DNA from: Yuukianura sp. NJ FZ-2021
Taxonomy: Eukaryota
DNA length: 64,000 nucleotides
Assembly: GCA_046563655.1 (NCBI GenBank)
Contig: CM102285.1
Span: 6,882,001 to 6,946,000 of the forward strand
Direction: 5' to 3'
Shown here: piece after piece, positions 24,058 to 37,562 of the stretch
How the letters are laid out: each line of letters opens with the position of its first letter
How positions within the stretch are numbered: the stretch's first letter is position 1
Position numbers and translations under genes: made by a program
Notes under the pieces: generated by a model
The model's database searches: none
What the model saw: the letters and a program-made list of their open reading frames with translations, nothing else
What the model was told of the DNA's origin: nothing

Positions 24058-25158
24058 CTAACATATCATTTTGTGACTCATTGATTTCTGGTTAGCACAA
24101 ACATTAGACAAAGTGCGACGACATGCGTTGTTAGTAGTGTCTTTGAGAACTAAGTTTGGAGATCGATTGACGACGTTCAGAGATGTAGAAAGTTGCACAT
24201 CTTTCAGAACGCCAGCTCTGAAGTCCGTTTTCGTGTCTGTACCAATTGAAGCTAAGGATGTTGTACTGATTGCGGCAGCAATGCCACAAGAATTGGAAAA
24301 TGGCTGAGATTGTTGAATTGTGAATCTGACCCTCTTAGCACCATTGCTTTGACTTGACTCTACATCCGGATCACAATTCTCCGCAGTATTATTTCCTTCC
24401 TGAGTTGACATGTTCTGCTGCAAGTATACCTTATTCTGAGACGAAACAAAACAAAAAGTACGCTTTAGTAAACAAACATCTTTAAAAAAATTTAGGCTTA
24501 CTTTCGATTTTGAAAGTTTGTCAATTTTGGTCAGACTTCGATTATTGTTTGACGTTTGTTTTTGGTCCTGTTGCAAGTTTAATGATTTTCTGAGCGAATG
24601 CATCTGAGCGAATGTCGGAAGGCGAATTGAATCCAAATTTTGTCCCTGTAACTTGATGACCTGACGCATAATCCATATAGCGAATAATGCACATCAATCT
24701 GGGTAGTATTGGCGTACGTTGTTTGGAAAACGATATTTCTTGAACTTGATTGGTGCTCCAGGGTAGCAGGCTCTCAACCGAATCATCATATTTGTTTTTA
24801 CCGCCTTCTCATAAATGTCGCCTTTTAGTTGACAAAACTAGAGGGCTCTTCCTGCGTCCACGTCAACATACAGTAATGATAGGTGATCATGGGCAGTTTC
24901 TTCTACTTCTCCGTGTGTCAGGAAAGCTATCGGCATGAAAATTTTTCGGTCTTCTTGCTGTAATTTTGGAAATGAGACAACTTTTCTGGAGTATAATTGT
25001 TTCCGTGACTCTGCTACGCCCACTGTGTATCCTTCCATCTCTACAATTGCTTCTCCATCTTCAATGAACTTGAACTTTTCGCCGTATCTGCCTTTGTCTT
25101 CCGCGATGATCCTATTTAGCTCGTAACTTTCAATACCATTAAAGAATATTAAAGCCAT
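24058..25158 (-). pseudogene. Helentron cargo gene, possible Ulp1/C48-like cysteine protease
   Basis: ORFs 24838-25158 and 24058-24669 are in one frame, broken by TAG (24838-40) and TGA (24694-96). Read-through gives IFMPI...DHLSLLYVDVDAGRAL*F...RQYYPD*CALFAIWIMRQV, resembling the His and Q..DCG.F motifs of C48 proteases. Confidence 0.4.
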
Positions 25159-26184
25159 TTTTAGCTTTAAATCTTATTTGATAGCTACCTTTGGAATTAA
25201 ATCAACTTGATTTTTTCAAATCAATTTTATGTACAGAAAATGTTAAAATTGTAGAAGATTTCCATAATTGTAAAAATCAATACATCTACCCAGTTGTTAT
25301 GATGACGGTACATGAGGTACAAAGGTCAAAAAATATTTCGGAATACTTCAAACTTTGTTAACTTTTCTCAACAAAAAACATGGTTGAATGTAAAAATATA
25401 TAGAAATTGAACATGAATGAAGCAACAAAACTGTCTGACGACATTTTTTAAATTTTTATCTATTCGAATGATATAAAATAAATTAGTTAATTACAAAAAA
25501 TTATGTATATACGAATATAGTAAAAAAGTCGTCATCACAACAAAACCAATGTTTATTTTTTAATGTTTATAAGAATTAGTCCTAAAATACGTTTCAAATT
25601 TGTTAACAAAAACCATTTTGCAGCCGATTTAGTCCGTTGAAGTTCGTTCAGATTTGCCTTGATCCAAGTGCCATCCATTAAATCTTAGTAACTTTTCAAC
25701 ATCATTGTCAAGCATCTACTCGTAAAGGGACAATATGCCACCTAAGAAGAAGGGGTGCTCTAATACCAAAGGCGATTTTAGAACCTGCTCCGAAGGTTCT
25801 AAAACTGCAAGACACAGATGGTAATTCTTAAAATAGAACAAATTTTCAACATTGTAAATATACATTTTTTGAAAATCGTACATTAATTTAATAGAAAACG
25901 AGAAGTGTGACGCTACTATTGATCATGCTCAAAATGCCAGTGATGTGAGTGATAGCGGCGCTTTCATTGCACCAATTGCGGAACCTACTGTCCAACCCTC
26001 AGGTAATTGCTACAAGTACTTTGAAAACTTAGCATACATGTAGCGTTTATAGTGCTGCGACTAATAATTTTTTATTTATTAAGCAAATCGATGTGAATCA
26101 ACTCTGAGTGAACCCATGCCTGGTTCTACGGTACTCAAAGTTGCATGTCGCCGTTTCAGCAGTGGAAAAGCCAGATTGAAAAAG

Positions 26185-26974
26185 CTCAAGTGAAATCAAA
26201 GGAGAAGCCAGCTGAACTTGCCGTGATCGCTGTGAAGCATGAGTAATCGAAGTCGTCGTGCTGAAAGTTGCACGACCAATTGCGTACGGAAACGGAGGCC
26301 AACTGCAGCATTTTTTTTTGGTGACGAGTCCGGGGAGATCCAGTTCACGTTATTCGGAGGAATGAAACCACAATGGGAGTCCCTGCTTCAGTTATGTGTA
26401 ACGTATTATTTCTATAACCATTGTTTTAAAATATATTAGAAGTTATCAAATAACCTGTTTCAGGTCAACTCTTTTGTTCGAGTAGAAGGCTTTCTTCTTC
26501 GGCCAAAGGATAATCGAAACAAATGGACGAATGCATCATTTGATGCAAGCAGTACTGACGCCACCTCTATTACCGAGCCCAAAGGGGAGAGGCATGAAGT
26601 AAAACTAACTCCGATAGACTCAGAAAGCCTCATGTTGATGTCCGATGGCCAATTTGTCGATATGGCTGGACTCGTGATTGATGTTGGTGAGATTCGGCAG
26701 TTTCCCACCTGTAAGCTTCGACAAATCACTCTGGTGGACAAGACCGGAAAATTCAGTGCCAAATTGTGGAACCAATTGGCGGAAATGAAACGAAATCACT
26801 CCCTTTGAAGTAATTCTGTTTAAGCTGGTGAAGATCCCAAGTTACAGCGGCGTCAACTAGATTGAATGCAACCCCGGGGATTTGATCTTAGTAGGAAGAG
26901 ATCACAACATGGCCAAGGAATTATCAGAGTGGTTTGAAGCTGCTGAGGCAGATACGCTGAATCAACTATTATAA
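26185..26974 (+). pseudogene. RPA70-like ssDNA-binding protein with two OB folds, frameshifted; start probably further upstream
   Basis: VIEVVVLKV...GDESGEIQFTLFG resembles RPA1 DBD-A (DESGEIRATAF); FVDMAGLVIDVGEIR...RQITLVDKTG....KLWNQLAE and ELSEWF resemble DBD-B; stop TAA 26972-74. Confidence 0.75.
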
Positions 26975-27335
26975 TAGTAAAAAAATCAATGAATCAATTC
27001 TCATACAAAGTGATTAATTTACAAAAACAAAACAAATATAAGTAATAAATACAACAAAAGTGAAACTTGAACATAAATTTTTCTACAAACTACCTACTGT
27101 ATTAAATCGGAAAAGGTTGATTCCTTAAAATTTTTTCTTAGGTTTACATTAGCAAACGTGTTGAAGTTTGACCAAATCTTTTATTACAGTATAATGTTTT
27201 GAATATGTAGTAGAAAGTATAAATTATAGTATAAAGTGAATATATAAATTGCATTACTATTTAACCTTGTATAATTTGTTTGATTCGTTTCACTGTAATG
27301 AAGATGAGAAAACCGACTGTTTACTGAATTACATA

Positions 27336-28176
27336 TTAAGAGAACCTCCCCCAAATAGGTTCGTGGATTGATGTTGCGGAGGTGTATAATCCAATTTTAT
27401 CCAATTGAAATGAAGCAAATACTGCGTCGATTTTTGTCCCGAATTTTGTTGTTGGAAGTTCGGGAGATTGTAGTTCTAGTCCAAGATCAAGCATCGATCT
27501 CAGTTCAACTGAAGCAGTTAGTTTGAAATTGCAGTTGAAGTCTCCGGCCACAATAGTCCTTGATCCACCAAGGGAGTTGATTAGAGATGAAATTATGGAG
27601 GTAAAGAGACACCAACGAAAACGTGGGCTGATGTAAATTCCAATTACCTTTGTTCCAGCAAAATTCATTGCTACACAGCTGCAACTTCGATGCTCATCTT
27701 CGACAAATCTAGTAGTAGTACTCAGGATGCGATTTGTCAAATGCTGCCGCAAATAAATTCTGGCTCCGAGTGGTCGCCTTGCTGTCACACAATCGACACT
27801 GCAGATTTGCACATGATCTCCAATTGTGACATTGTCTTCCGGAAGAGTCCATGTTTCACCAAAGAGAAGAATGTCGCTCATTTTGTAACTTGCATCCGAA
27901 GAATAAATTGCGGAATGCATTGGCAATGACTGGACGTTGTGGTAAAGGAACTGGATTAAACCATCATCCCTTTTGTGAAGCGATTGAAAGACTGGGACCA
28001 GCTTCATGGTTTCGTGACGAGCCATTTCCAAGGCGAGAGGACTTGTCGGTGAAATTGGTTTAGGAGCCCTGAAATCCCCCATAATGTAAAGGCCACTGGC
28101 TTTCGTAGGTCGAGAACAGCCGACGTAGATCAAAGCTCGAGAAATGTGGCGAGTACGATCAATATGGAGTACAGCA
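27336..28176 (-). pseudogene. Helentron last exon: helicase motif VI + AP-endonuclease (EEP) domain
   Basis: LIYVGCSR, then YHNVQSL, FGETW, IYISP, VAGDFN, PTT..GTKIDAVF, SIHEPI; GT-AG intron 28177-28240 joins it in frame. Confidence 0.88.
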
Positions 28177-28933
28177 CTGCACAATATAAATTGGAATGCT
28201 TAAATTGTAAAATAAATTGGCATACTTATTATATACTTACGCTTGACACGTGATTCCTTGGCTCTTATGAATGGTGATTGCTTCTGCAGGAACAAGTGGA
28301 AACTGTTTCCTTGTAATCTTGATGCTGGCATTTTTTTGGCGGATCTCTTGTGTAAGTAGTTCTACTGCAGTCCAATTTGTTTTTATGCCCAAATTTTCTA
28401 TAATTGACTCGTACCGGCGTCGCAATTGTTGACCACTTCTAGTATCTTCGAACTCCAGCCACAGTCGCATTGGGATGCGGTCGGTTGGGTCGTTTATCGC
28501 CACGCCAAGATCGATTCTCCGTAATATTCCAGTTACCCCATTCACTAATCCGTCAGCACAATCGACGTTGTTGGTCATCATATAACGAGCGTTAATTTTT
28601 AGTTAGGTAACTCGAGTGCAAGTCCCATCGTCTCATTCAAAGGTTTTGTTTGAAACCGTTGTAGTACACGAAGTTTTGACGATTGTGGGACATCTCCTCG
28701 AACACAGTCGCTAGCTCTACTGATGATCAGCTCTCCTGTCATCTGTTGGAGGAGCATTTCATTGAATGCGTTCACGGCTGCAATTGTTTGAAAGAAGTGT
28801 ATTGGTCTGAGTTCGGCCACTTCGGATGGTAGAGTGTCGTAACACCTCCCCCGCATCAGCGTCTTGTCGTCCTCAGTCATAGTTCCTCTAGCCATATTAT
28901 TTAGTGCCACAGCAAACGCAATATCCTCATTTT

Positions 28934-31900
28934 TGTAGCGTCTCGCACCGCTACTCCACCAGAAATATGGCCGCAGCCACGCCCTCAGACTCTCAATCAC
29001 TGATCAGCAGATCCCACACCTGCCCAAAGACCAAAACTCACAAAACACTGGAAACCACATCAGCGGTTAAATATATGAAATATATTTAATAAGCTGATGA
29101 AAATAATATAAGCAACTGAAAAAAACAACTAATAATATGATACTCTGTACATCTCTTCTCCATCCTCCTCTAACACCAAAACCAGACTGACTAACTCTAT
29201 ACAAATGCCTATCCTCGCTCGCTCCTCGCCTCTCTTCAAATCTACCGCGAGCCAACACATCATCTCACCTTGCCCCTATCCTAACACTCTACTAACGCTA
29301 TGGACGAGCAGGCGTCTCACGTTCCCCCTTCCGATGGATGGCGTTCCAGTCGAACCACGGGCGACATCCAACTGCAGCAGCTCCGCAGACGACTGCAACT
29401 CCCGGATCTCTGCAACTCCATCTCCATCGGCATCATCCTCACCGTCATCTCATCATGGACATCAGCGGAGTCTTCATCATAGTAATCGTCAACCGCAGCT
29501 TCGGATTCCTCCCTGATGATCCAACACGTCAACACTTGCACTTTCACTAACTTTCTCAAAATAAACTGGATTGGAGCCCATAAATGGTCTCCACTGCCAC
29601 TGCATTGCCACAAATTTTGCGACTCCACCTTCCATCACTTTATACGGGACAGTGAGACCCTCAACAGTCGAAATTGTAGACAATGAGCAACATCACACCA
29701 CAAACACATGGAAGCCAATGACTTGACTCCTTTCTGCTGCTACAGATTCTGAGTTCCACCTTCCTTCACTTTACGGGACAGTGAGACCCAAACAACTCAG
29801 AATTTGTAGACAGAAAACCGCAGCACTAACGAATTTTTAATTTTTTAATTGCTCGAATTTCGCGGGTATAAGACCCTGGACACACATAACTTCCAATAAT
29901 TTCACTCTCCAGCACTGCGACAAATTCTGTGTTCCTCCTTCCTTCACTTTACGGGATAGTGAGACCCTCAAAAACACAGAACGTGAAGCAGAACAAGCAT
30001 CACAATTAAACCGATTTTTTTTCAATAATTTCACTTCACTGAACTCGCACTCACTTTTTAAATTTTGATTTTTGAATTTGGAGGGAATAAGACCCTTGGT
30101 TTAGTTTTTAGCACCGTAGCACTATTAAGCTCATGATTTTGAGCTAGAGTAACGCCGCACTTCAGCAACGGGGCGGGGCGAACGCTCTCTTCTTGATTTT
30201 GAGGGATTGAGACCCTCCGTAGCATTTTTTGTATAAGCTCACTGTGTGGAGCTAGAGTAACACCGCACCTCAGCAACGGGGCCGGGCGAATGATCTCTTT
30301 AATGTGGCCTCTTGTGAGTCCAACATTCTGCAGTATCCCATCTTCGTGGTCATACAAAGTTTCGCTATAAACACTTTTCACTACACTTCTCACTGCACAT
30401 TTCACTTCCTCGATCCTTGGAATTTTGAAGCACAGTGCTGCCAGTCGACTTAGCAAGCAACTGTCTTCGGGAGAGTCCTGGTCGCAACCATAATTTCCAT
30501 CTTCTGACGTCGCTGGAGTCCAGGAAAACGCGTCCGCTTCCATGTACTGCCAGCCAATCTGATATTTCTGAGGAACTCTCCGTGTCTTAATTTCCGGATT
30601 CGACAATTTCCTTTTCATCATCACTACCATCACTTTCCAATAACACACTATGTACACTTGATTGGAGCCGCTAAAATGCGACTCACAAGATACTAACAAT
30701 AATTGTAACCCAACAACACTTTTTAACACACACAAATTGAATAATAGCCAAAACTTTTCACTTCTAACTTGTAACACCCACAAGTTTGTTAAATTCCTCC
30801 AAAAACGTAATTAATTTATCGTCACATAACTGTACACAAGGTTGCATGATGGACGAAAAGTCAGTTTTCATTTTTAGTTTAAATTTTCTGGATCAACTTC
30901 ACTATTTACATCATCACTTGTCTCTCCATACTCATTGTACCCTTCCGGTACGTTCTCTGAAACAGCTGATCGCGAAGATCCACTGGCCACACCCACTGGC
31001 ACTCGACACTGGAATTGCTTATGGCCGTAGCCGGAGCAACGATAACACACCACATCTTCAATCTTCATCGCAGTCACATTTTTAATCACTCTTTCACTTC
31101 CATGGGCACGAACACCTCCACTACGATTTCCACGTAACCCTCCATTTCCATAAAATTTTCTTGAATTGGAGCCCACGGTGTGGACTCCCGTGGGTTTTAT
31201 ATAATTTGCACGATTTGTGTTACACACATTTGCCACCGTAATGTCACGTGTCACTTTTCCAGAATTCCCAATTTGTGACGGCACTTGATCACAATGGTCA
31301 CATTTCTGCCTGACTTCAATTTCGCTCCTCATTTTTTCACTTGTGAAAATTTTGGATTTCACATTGTCACAACTTTGACATTTCTGGATCACTTCAACTG
31401 CACAGTCACTACACTTATTTACATCACACATATACACTACTGCCTCCTTCTTCATAGCGGCAGATTTTGGAACTATCAACATCGTTGGTGCTGAAGTGAA
31501 TTGAACATTTTCCAGGGCCGAAATGAGCGCCTGTGTGTGATCACTTCCACCACTCATGATTTTTAGCCGCAGCAGCGACTCCCTCTGCTAACTTTGTAAC
31601 TACCTCTTGCATGCTTTCCATCATCTTATGCATGGCCACATTCACAATTTTTTCTACATCACTTTTAGAATACACTGCCATGCTTCTTACTTGTCTGGTT
31701 TATCCTTATGCACTGTACACTTCACTGATTATCTTCTTTTCGGTCGTCGGTGAGCTTTGACATTGATTGGAGCCCACGAGTGGACTCCTAAATGACTATG
31801 AAAGCCATCGTAATGACTCTATACACTTTCACAATGAACAACCGCAGCTGATCAAAAACTTCTCAATTTTCTGCTCAATTGACTTTGACCCGGGATGACC

Positions 31901-32320
31901 TTACTGACCTTTGGTAGTTGTGTCACGAACGGTCGCCACTGTGTAGCGTCTCGCACCGCTACTCCACCAGAAATATGGCCGCAGCCACGCCCTCAGACTC
32001 TCAATCACTGATCAGCAGATCCCACAACTGCCCAAAGACCAAAACTCACCGAAACACTGAAACCACATCAGCGGTTAAATATATGAAATATATTTAATAA
32101 GCTGATGAAAATAATATAAACAACTGAAAAAACAACTAATAATATGATACTCTGTACATCTCTTCTCCCTCCTCCTCTAACAACCAAAACCAGACTGAAA
32201 ACTAAACTCTTTACAAATGCCGCTCCTCGCCTCTCTTCAAATCTACCGCGAGCCAACACATCATCTCACCTTGCCCCTATCCTAACACTCTACTAACGCT
32301 ATGGACGAGCAGGCGTCTCA
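28934..32320 (-). mobile_element. Non-autonomous gypsy-like LTR retrotransposon (gag-like ORF, no pol)
   Basis: TG...CA LTRs at 28934-29319 and 31942-32320; 4-bp TSD TTTT; PBS TGGCGACCGT (tRNA-Arg-like) after the 5' LTR; PPT GGAAGGGGGAA before the 3' LTR; removal restores the helicase frame MRQNEDIAF. Confidence 0.9.
30874..31557 (-). CDS. Gag-like fragment with CCHC zinc knuckle
   Basis: CYRCSGYGHKQFQC (CX2CX4HX4C) downstream of the PBS; probably degenerate. Confidence 0.65.
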   Translation of the reverse strand: MSGGSDHTQALISALENVQFTSAPTMLIVPKSAAMKKEAVVYMCDVNKCSDCAVEVIQKCQSCDNVKSKIFTSEKMRSEIEVRQKCDHCDQVPSQIGNSGKVTRDITVANVCNTNRANYIKPTGVHTVGSNSRKFYGNGGLRGNRSGGVRAHGSERVIKNVTAMKIEDVVCYRCSGYGHKQFQCRVPVGVASGSSRSAVSENVPEGYNEYGETSDDVNSEVDPENLN

Positions 32321-35300
32321 TTTTGTCGCATAGTTATGGTCAACTCATGCACAAGAAAATGATGCCATAGTGGCCGATTGAATAATGAACTAATGGAGTT
32401 GCTCATTGTCCCGTGAGTCAACGGCACAGCCAGAACTGGAGGTAGCTGATAGAAATCACCGACGCCGATGAATGAGATTCCCCCGAAAGGTGCAATCGGT
32501 TGAAACAAATCTATCAAGCGTTTGTCAACTTGTTCCAGTAAATGTTCGCCCACCATACTGATCTCATCACATATCGCAATCTGTAAATTAGTAATTTCAA
32601 TTAGACTCAGCTGTCAACAAAAAATATATGAAGGAATGTGATACCTTCAGTTCCGAGTAAGTTGAAGCCATCGTATTGGAAACATCAGCCGAAAGGGTAC
32701 CAGCTTAACGTTGGTTAACAGGTAACTGAAATGCTGTGTGAAGAGTGGAGCCTCCAATATTGAACGCCGCTTTCCCAGTTGGAGCGACAAGGAGGACACA
32801 GATTTTGTCCACATTACGGTTGAGGTCAGACCCAAAAATTCGGACCAATCCTTGGAAGAGTGTTTTGATGACATGGGACTTCCTTTCAAGTAGATGTGAA
32901 ATGGTATATTGTCATGCCGCTTCACTTGATCAAAAGTATGAAACACCAAATCCCTTTGTTCGTCGTTCAAAGATGCAAGTAGCGCCCAGTACTCATCATT
33001 AGAAGTCAACTGTGGATTCTTGAAGGTTTCAGCAAATGGTCGTCTTTCGTAGCTTCCAAAGTCAACTGCGTTAGTGCCTGAAGAATCTTCCAGACGATAC
33101 TCGCGCAGGTCTTCGGCCGAAGGCTGATTTTCATCCAAGTCATCATTCTCCGGTGGCTTAGCGAGAACTTCCTCCATCGCAATGTCAAGAATACAATCTT
33201 CAAAGAAATTAAATTCTTTTCTGCTTCTGGTGATCAAGTCAATATTTTCAGCTAGAATTTTCCGACAGTCCGTATTTTCCCCATACTCCTGCTCTTCGTT
33301 TCTCCATGGCTTATACAACATCAAGAGTTCCCGGAAAAAGTCGTCTGCATCTTTTTCTTTGTTGTAACGCACGAAGCGAATGACTTTTGCAAATTTCCTC
33401 TTTCGTACGTATCCAGAACCGTCTCTCAACTTATAAACTTCGGTTCCCGTTTCTTCTTTGGGAGATGCGTCGTCTTCTTCGTGTGGTTCGACTACCTGTT
33501 TTTTCATAGTTTTGGAGTATTCATACCATGCAGAGAATTGAGCAAGATTCAGTGATTCCAATGCAAGTGGTCGTTGAGCATAGTGGTCCGTCGGACTGTT
33601 GAAGAAAATATCTTGGTCATCTGGATCCAATTGTGACAGATCCGCTTGCGACTTCAACATTCTTGTACGATGGCTGGCCGGTCCGGTTTGTACAAAAACG
33701 CATTTTTCTGAAGAGTAGCTCATTGGCATTTGCAGAACATTGTAAGCTGCCTCCTGGGCCGAAAGTTCGCTGTTCAAGTTATGAGCCGCTCCAATAGCTT
33801 GTAGACTGTCTTTCAGAGGCGCATTACCTTTCTTCACTTCCTCTACCACGTTCCGCAACAGCTCCAGAAGCCCTCGATTGCTCTTATTGATGTAGTCGGC
33901 GATGTAACTGCAGCATGCGTACGGATCCAGAATAAATTGAATGTCCATGTTGGACTTTTGTAGCCGTAAAATCTTCTCATTGTAGGCGTTAATATAGACT
34001 TCGTTGGGTTTACGTCTCAAAAACACATGTGGCTTCTTCAATTTCGTCTGAATCACTTTTAAATACAATTGAAGATCGCAACCTATTGCTTCCAGAAATG
34101 TTTCGAATGACATTCCGGTGTCTAGAACTTGATTTTCCAAAAAATCTCGAATAGTTTTGTGTAATAACTTGAGATCCTTGAGTTGTGCTGTGTCTTCCAG
34201 AGGTACAAGGATCCGAGTTTTATCCATTGGAAAGAAGGGTATACCAAAACGACATTTGACTCCTTTGTTTGTTCGCTTGTGGCAAGTGTGTGTATGGCGA
34301 TGAGTCTGGAGAGATAGTAGACCAGTGATTGGATCTTCCGGATGGTAGTCAGTACGGCATGTTATCATACTGTCGATAAAAGTCGTTACGTCATCATGAG
34401 AAGCATTCTCCGAGTTGAAGGTTGGTGCGTCGGAGAGCCAGAACATGGCATGAACGTGAGGACTTCCACGGTGCTGGAATTCCACTCTTTCGTAGAAGTG
34501 TCGAATTCCACGATTACCAAAAGGTCCATTTCGGTAGCGATAAGTTGCTTTCAGCGCAGAGTAACGGTTGTCAAAATAACGGGCGCAAGTGATCGGATCT
34601 CTCTGGCTTAAAATTGCCTTCTCAGAGTTAGGTAACTGCTGAGCCTCCTCTTCAGAAATTTCGACGCCATCGAGAATTTTTTTCAACAACACCAGGGGCT
34701 CGTTCCACTTCAACTCTGCAGCACTAATGGTCACAAACAAAGTAGCAATTCCAAAGGTGCGAATCATGGCACGAACTTTGCTCCCCTCGTTCTTCCAGTG
34801 AGTGCCTGCGTTTCGGATCCCAGCGAGAACTTTATAAGCATTATCGTCCTTGATTAGGCCATCAACGTACGTCTGGTGCCAGACTTGAGCCGCTGTGGGA
34901 ACAATAAGCTCTCCATTTAATCTTCTCTTCCTGAGATGAATGTTCCGATTGCTGGCGATTCGCGAAACTTCTAGAGTCTTTGCCATGTACAATAAGAAAT
35001 CGATCGACTCTGCGGCACGGCGGTCCTTGTTTCTAGCAAAGGACTTGAACATATCAGCTCGCGATACTTTCTTCCCATCGAAGATAGGATTCATTTTTTT
35101 TTTCCGGCAAACAACTGCGGAAATGCCAAGAAGACAGCGTCTTCATCCAGAAGGACAGAAACAGGTCGATTTTCCTCCGCGGGAGCAATCCGAAGCCCAG
35201 AGCTGTCGGTCAACATAGTTTCGCTCGCAGTAGATTCCTCGCGATCGCCGTCGGGTGTTGCTTCGTTTGAGATTGTCAGAGAACTTTGAAGCTGACTCTC

Positions 35301-36006
35301 CAAGCCAGAATTGATTGAAGACAATTCTCGTTGCGAATCCGTGACCCAGGAATTAGAAAGTGATACCCCATGTTGTGAATATAAAGCTGATTGACATAAA
35401 ACTTTAGCAGCGTCAACTACTTTTTGTGGACGTATATTTCCGGACGTGTAGTTCTTCTCCACGTGCATCTGACGGGCAAGCCGGAGATGCAGGACTGAAT
35501 CGTCTGAAGGGAGGCGGGGCAGACTTTGAACAATATTTGTAACGGAAACTGGAACATTCACAATCCGTCCCTTCGTCTTCAATTGACCTGAAAATATTGT
35601 TATTAGCAAAACTAATCAAATTCTGAGCTTATTTCTGAACAATCGAACTGTACCTTGTGGTCCCTGGACAGCCCAAATCGCTTGAAAGACATGGTAGGGC
35701 GACACTAATCTGGCCTCTAATCGTGTCAAAGACGCTACTTCAGATGGTACGGCCGGGAACTGGAGTCCATTGTTTAAACTCAGTCGAGAGCTACGACCAG
35801 CTTTCACAGCAGGATGACAAGTAATACAAAAGTGACCTTCAACTTCGCTAGACGTGAAAATACTGTTCAGAAAGTTGTCATCAGATTGAGTACAGTCGAA
35901 TCGTCGTAGGTTTTTAATAGATTTCTTAAACCAAAGGCCACCTCAGTAGATACACACGTGTGATGGGCCTTCCCGGCATTTTTCTTCAAAGATTTCAACG
36001 ACAGAC

Positions 36007-36447
36007 TGTTGAAAATACCAAACAAGATTATGATTAATTACTTATTAGGATTCATGATTTGTTCTATATGACTAATTAAGGTCTAGGACTTTTTACTACG
36101 TAAGTAGGAACAGGAATTGGTCGCTTACAATTAATTAGGTTGTTAATACAAGGTTATTCTTTGTGTATAATTTATAAGTTAGAACCAGGAACCAGGAAAA
36201 TAGTTATAAGGTCAGTTCTGACGTACACTCTAGGAATAATAACGTTTTAGTTAATGTCACTAGGAAATGACTAGTGTAAAGTCTAGGTCACTAGGTTAGT
36301 ATAAATACTAGTTACCTAGATTGTTAGAATTAGTAGTGCCTCGTAGATTGTTGGTGTAACAACTTTATTTGTATTAAATAAAAACTCTCAGAAAATCCAA
36401 GTTCAGTTGTGTAAGTTTGTGTGGCGTTTTATTAAATAATTTCAACA
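36007..36447 (+). mobile_element. Solo LTR (BEL/Pao- or copia-like)
   Basis: TGTTGAAA...TTTCAACA termini, 5-bp TSD CAGAC (36002-06 / 36448-52), TATAAA ~36300 and AATAAA ~36377; removal restores PWESVVEIFEEKCREGP. Confidence 0.85.
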
Positions 36448-36484
36448 CAGACTCCCAGGGTTGATCATGAGTTTGTGCACGTAA

Positions 36485-36800
36485 TGTACGATGTGCTGCG
36501 GAGTCCCGTTGTTGTTCCAGTTGCCGGTAGTCTTCATTCTCCCGTAGTTGACGATGTGCTGCGGAGTCCCGTTTTTTGTTCCATTTGTCGGTAGTCTTCA
36601 TTCTCCCGTAGTTGACGATGTGCTGCGGAGCTACGTTGTTGTTCCATTTGTCGGTAGTCTTCATTCTCCCGTAGTTGACGATGTGCTGCGGAGCTACGTT
36701 GTTGTTCCATTTGTCGGTAGTCTTTATTCTCCCGTAGTTGACGATGTGCTGCGGAGCTACGTTGTTGTTCCAGTTGGCGGTAGTCTTCATTCTCCCGAAG
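36485..36800 (-). repeat. 63-bp coding repeat (RENEDYRQ(L/M)EQQR(S/D)SAAHRQL)
   Basis: About 5 tandem copies in the Rep N-terminus. Confidence 0.9.
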
Positions 36801-37095
36801 TAGATGATGAGCTTCAGTATTTCGTTCCCGTTCTTCTTGACGTCGCTCTTCATCTTGCCGGACAACTTGGTGAGCAATGCTGTCTCTGCCCTGTTCTTCT
36901 TGCCTGCTAGATTCGGCTGCCCGTAAGAACTGTCGTCGTTGCCTCGCTCTGGCTCGTTGTTGTCGACTTGACATAATTGTATCTACTAAAACAATGAAAT
37001 AAGACGGAATTCGGTATAGCTTGGTATTAAGAAATAAGATCAGAAACCATATTCTTACCCGATGAAACTGTATAAACTTGCGCCTAAGATTAAAC

Positions 37096-37562
37096 CAAGG
37101 CAACTAAACAAAATGACACACCGCGTTATAAGGTAGTCTCACGAGCCGTTTTTTAATTGTTTTTTGCGAAAGTATATAGTGGGGTGGTATCCAAGGCGAT
37201 AAATTCGTGCTAAAGTTGGTTGAGGTAACGATATGTGTTACTTGTAACCAGTGTTCGATATTTGGTACAAAATCAACTAATTTTCAATTGAGTTGTGATG
37301 AATTCTTAGTAACAACTATAAGCGTTAAACTTTTTCTTCCATTTTTCAATCCAAAAACCGATATAAACTTCAGGTTTGATGAGTGGTTACACTGGGTGGT
37401 TACAGTGAATTTTACTTTGTACTCCAACTGAAAGAAAACGTTTGCACAGAAACGTTAAAAACAAACAATCCACCCCACTATATACTTTCGCAAAAAAACT
37501 GAAAAAAACCGCTCGTGAGACTACCTTAGTAATGCGGTGTGTCATTTTGTTTAGTTGCCTTG
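37096..37562. mobile_element. P-element-like MITE
   Basis: ~90-bp TIRs starting CAAGG/ending CCTTG; 8-bp TSD GATTAAAC at 37088-95 and 37563-70. Confidence 0.8.

Larger units (their letters stand above)
28241..32960 (-). pseudogene. Helentron PIF1-like SF1B helicase, disrupted
   Basis: VAPTGKAAFNIGGSTLH, DEISMV, FGG..VGDFYQLPPV, MRQ, GLVNG, RKQFPLVPAEAITIHKSQG. Walker A deleted with frameshift at ~32880, LTR element inserted 28934-32320, another frameshift at ~28600. Confidence 0.9.
32960..36974 (-). pseudogene. Helentron Rep (HUH Y2) region with N-terminal charged repeats and Cys-rich/DUF6570-like region
   Basis: ATG 36974; HUH motifs LFVTISAAELKW, VEFQHRGSPHVH (Helentron-type RGSPH), YIADYINK; intron 35588-35653; frameshifts at ~36575 and ~35095; premature TGA in VCIY*GGLWF. 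Confidence 0.92.

Noticed and set aside
30058..30783. 241-aa ORF inside the LTR element as pol
   Set aside because: No protease, RT, RNase H or integrase core motifs
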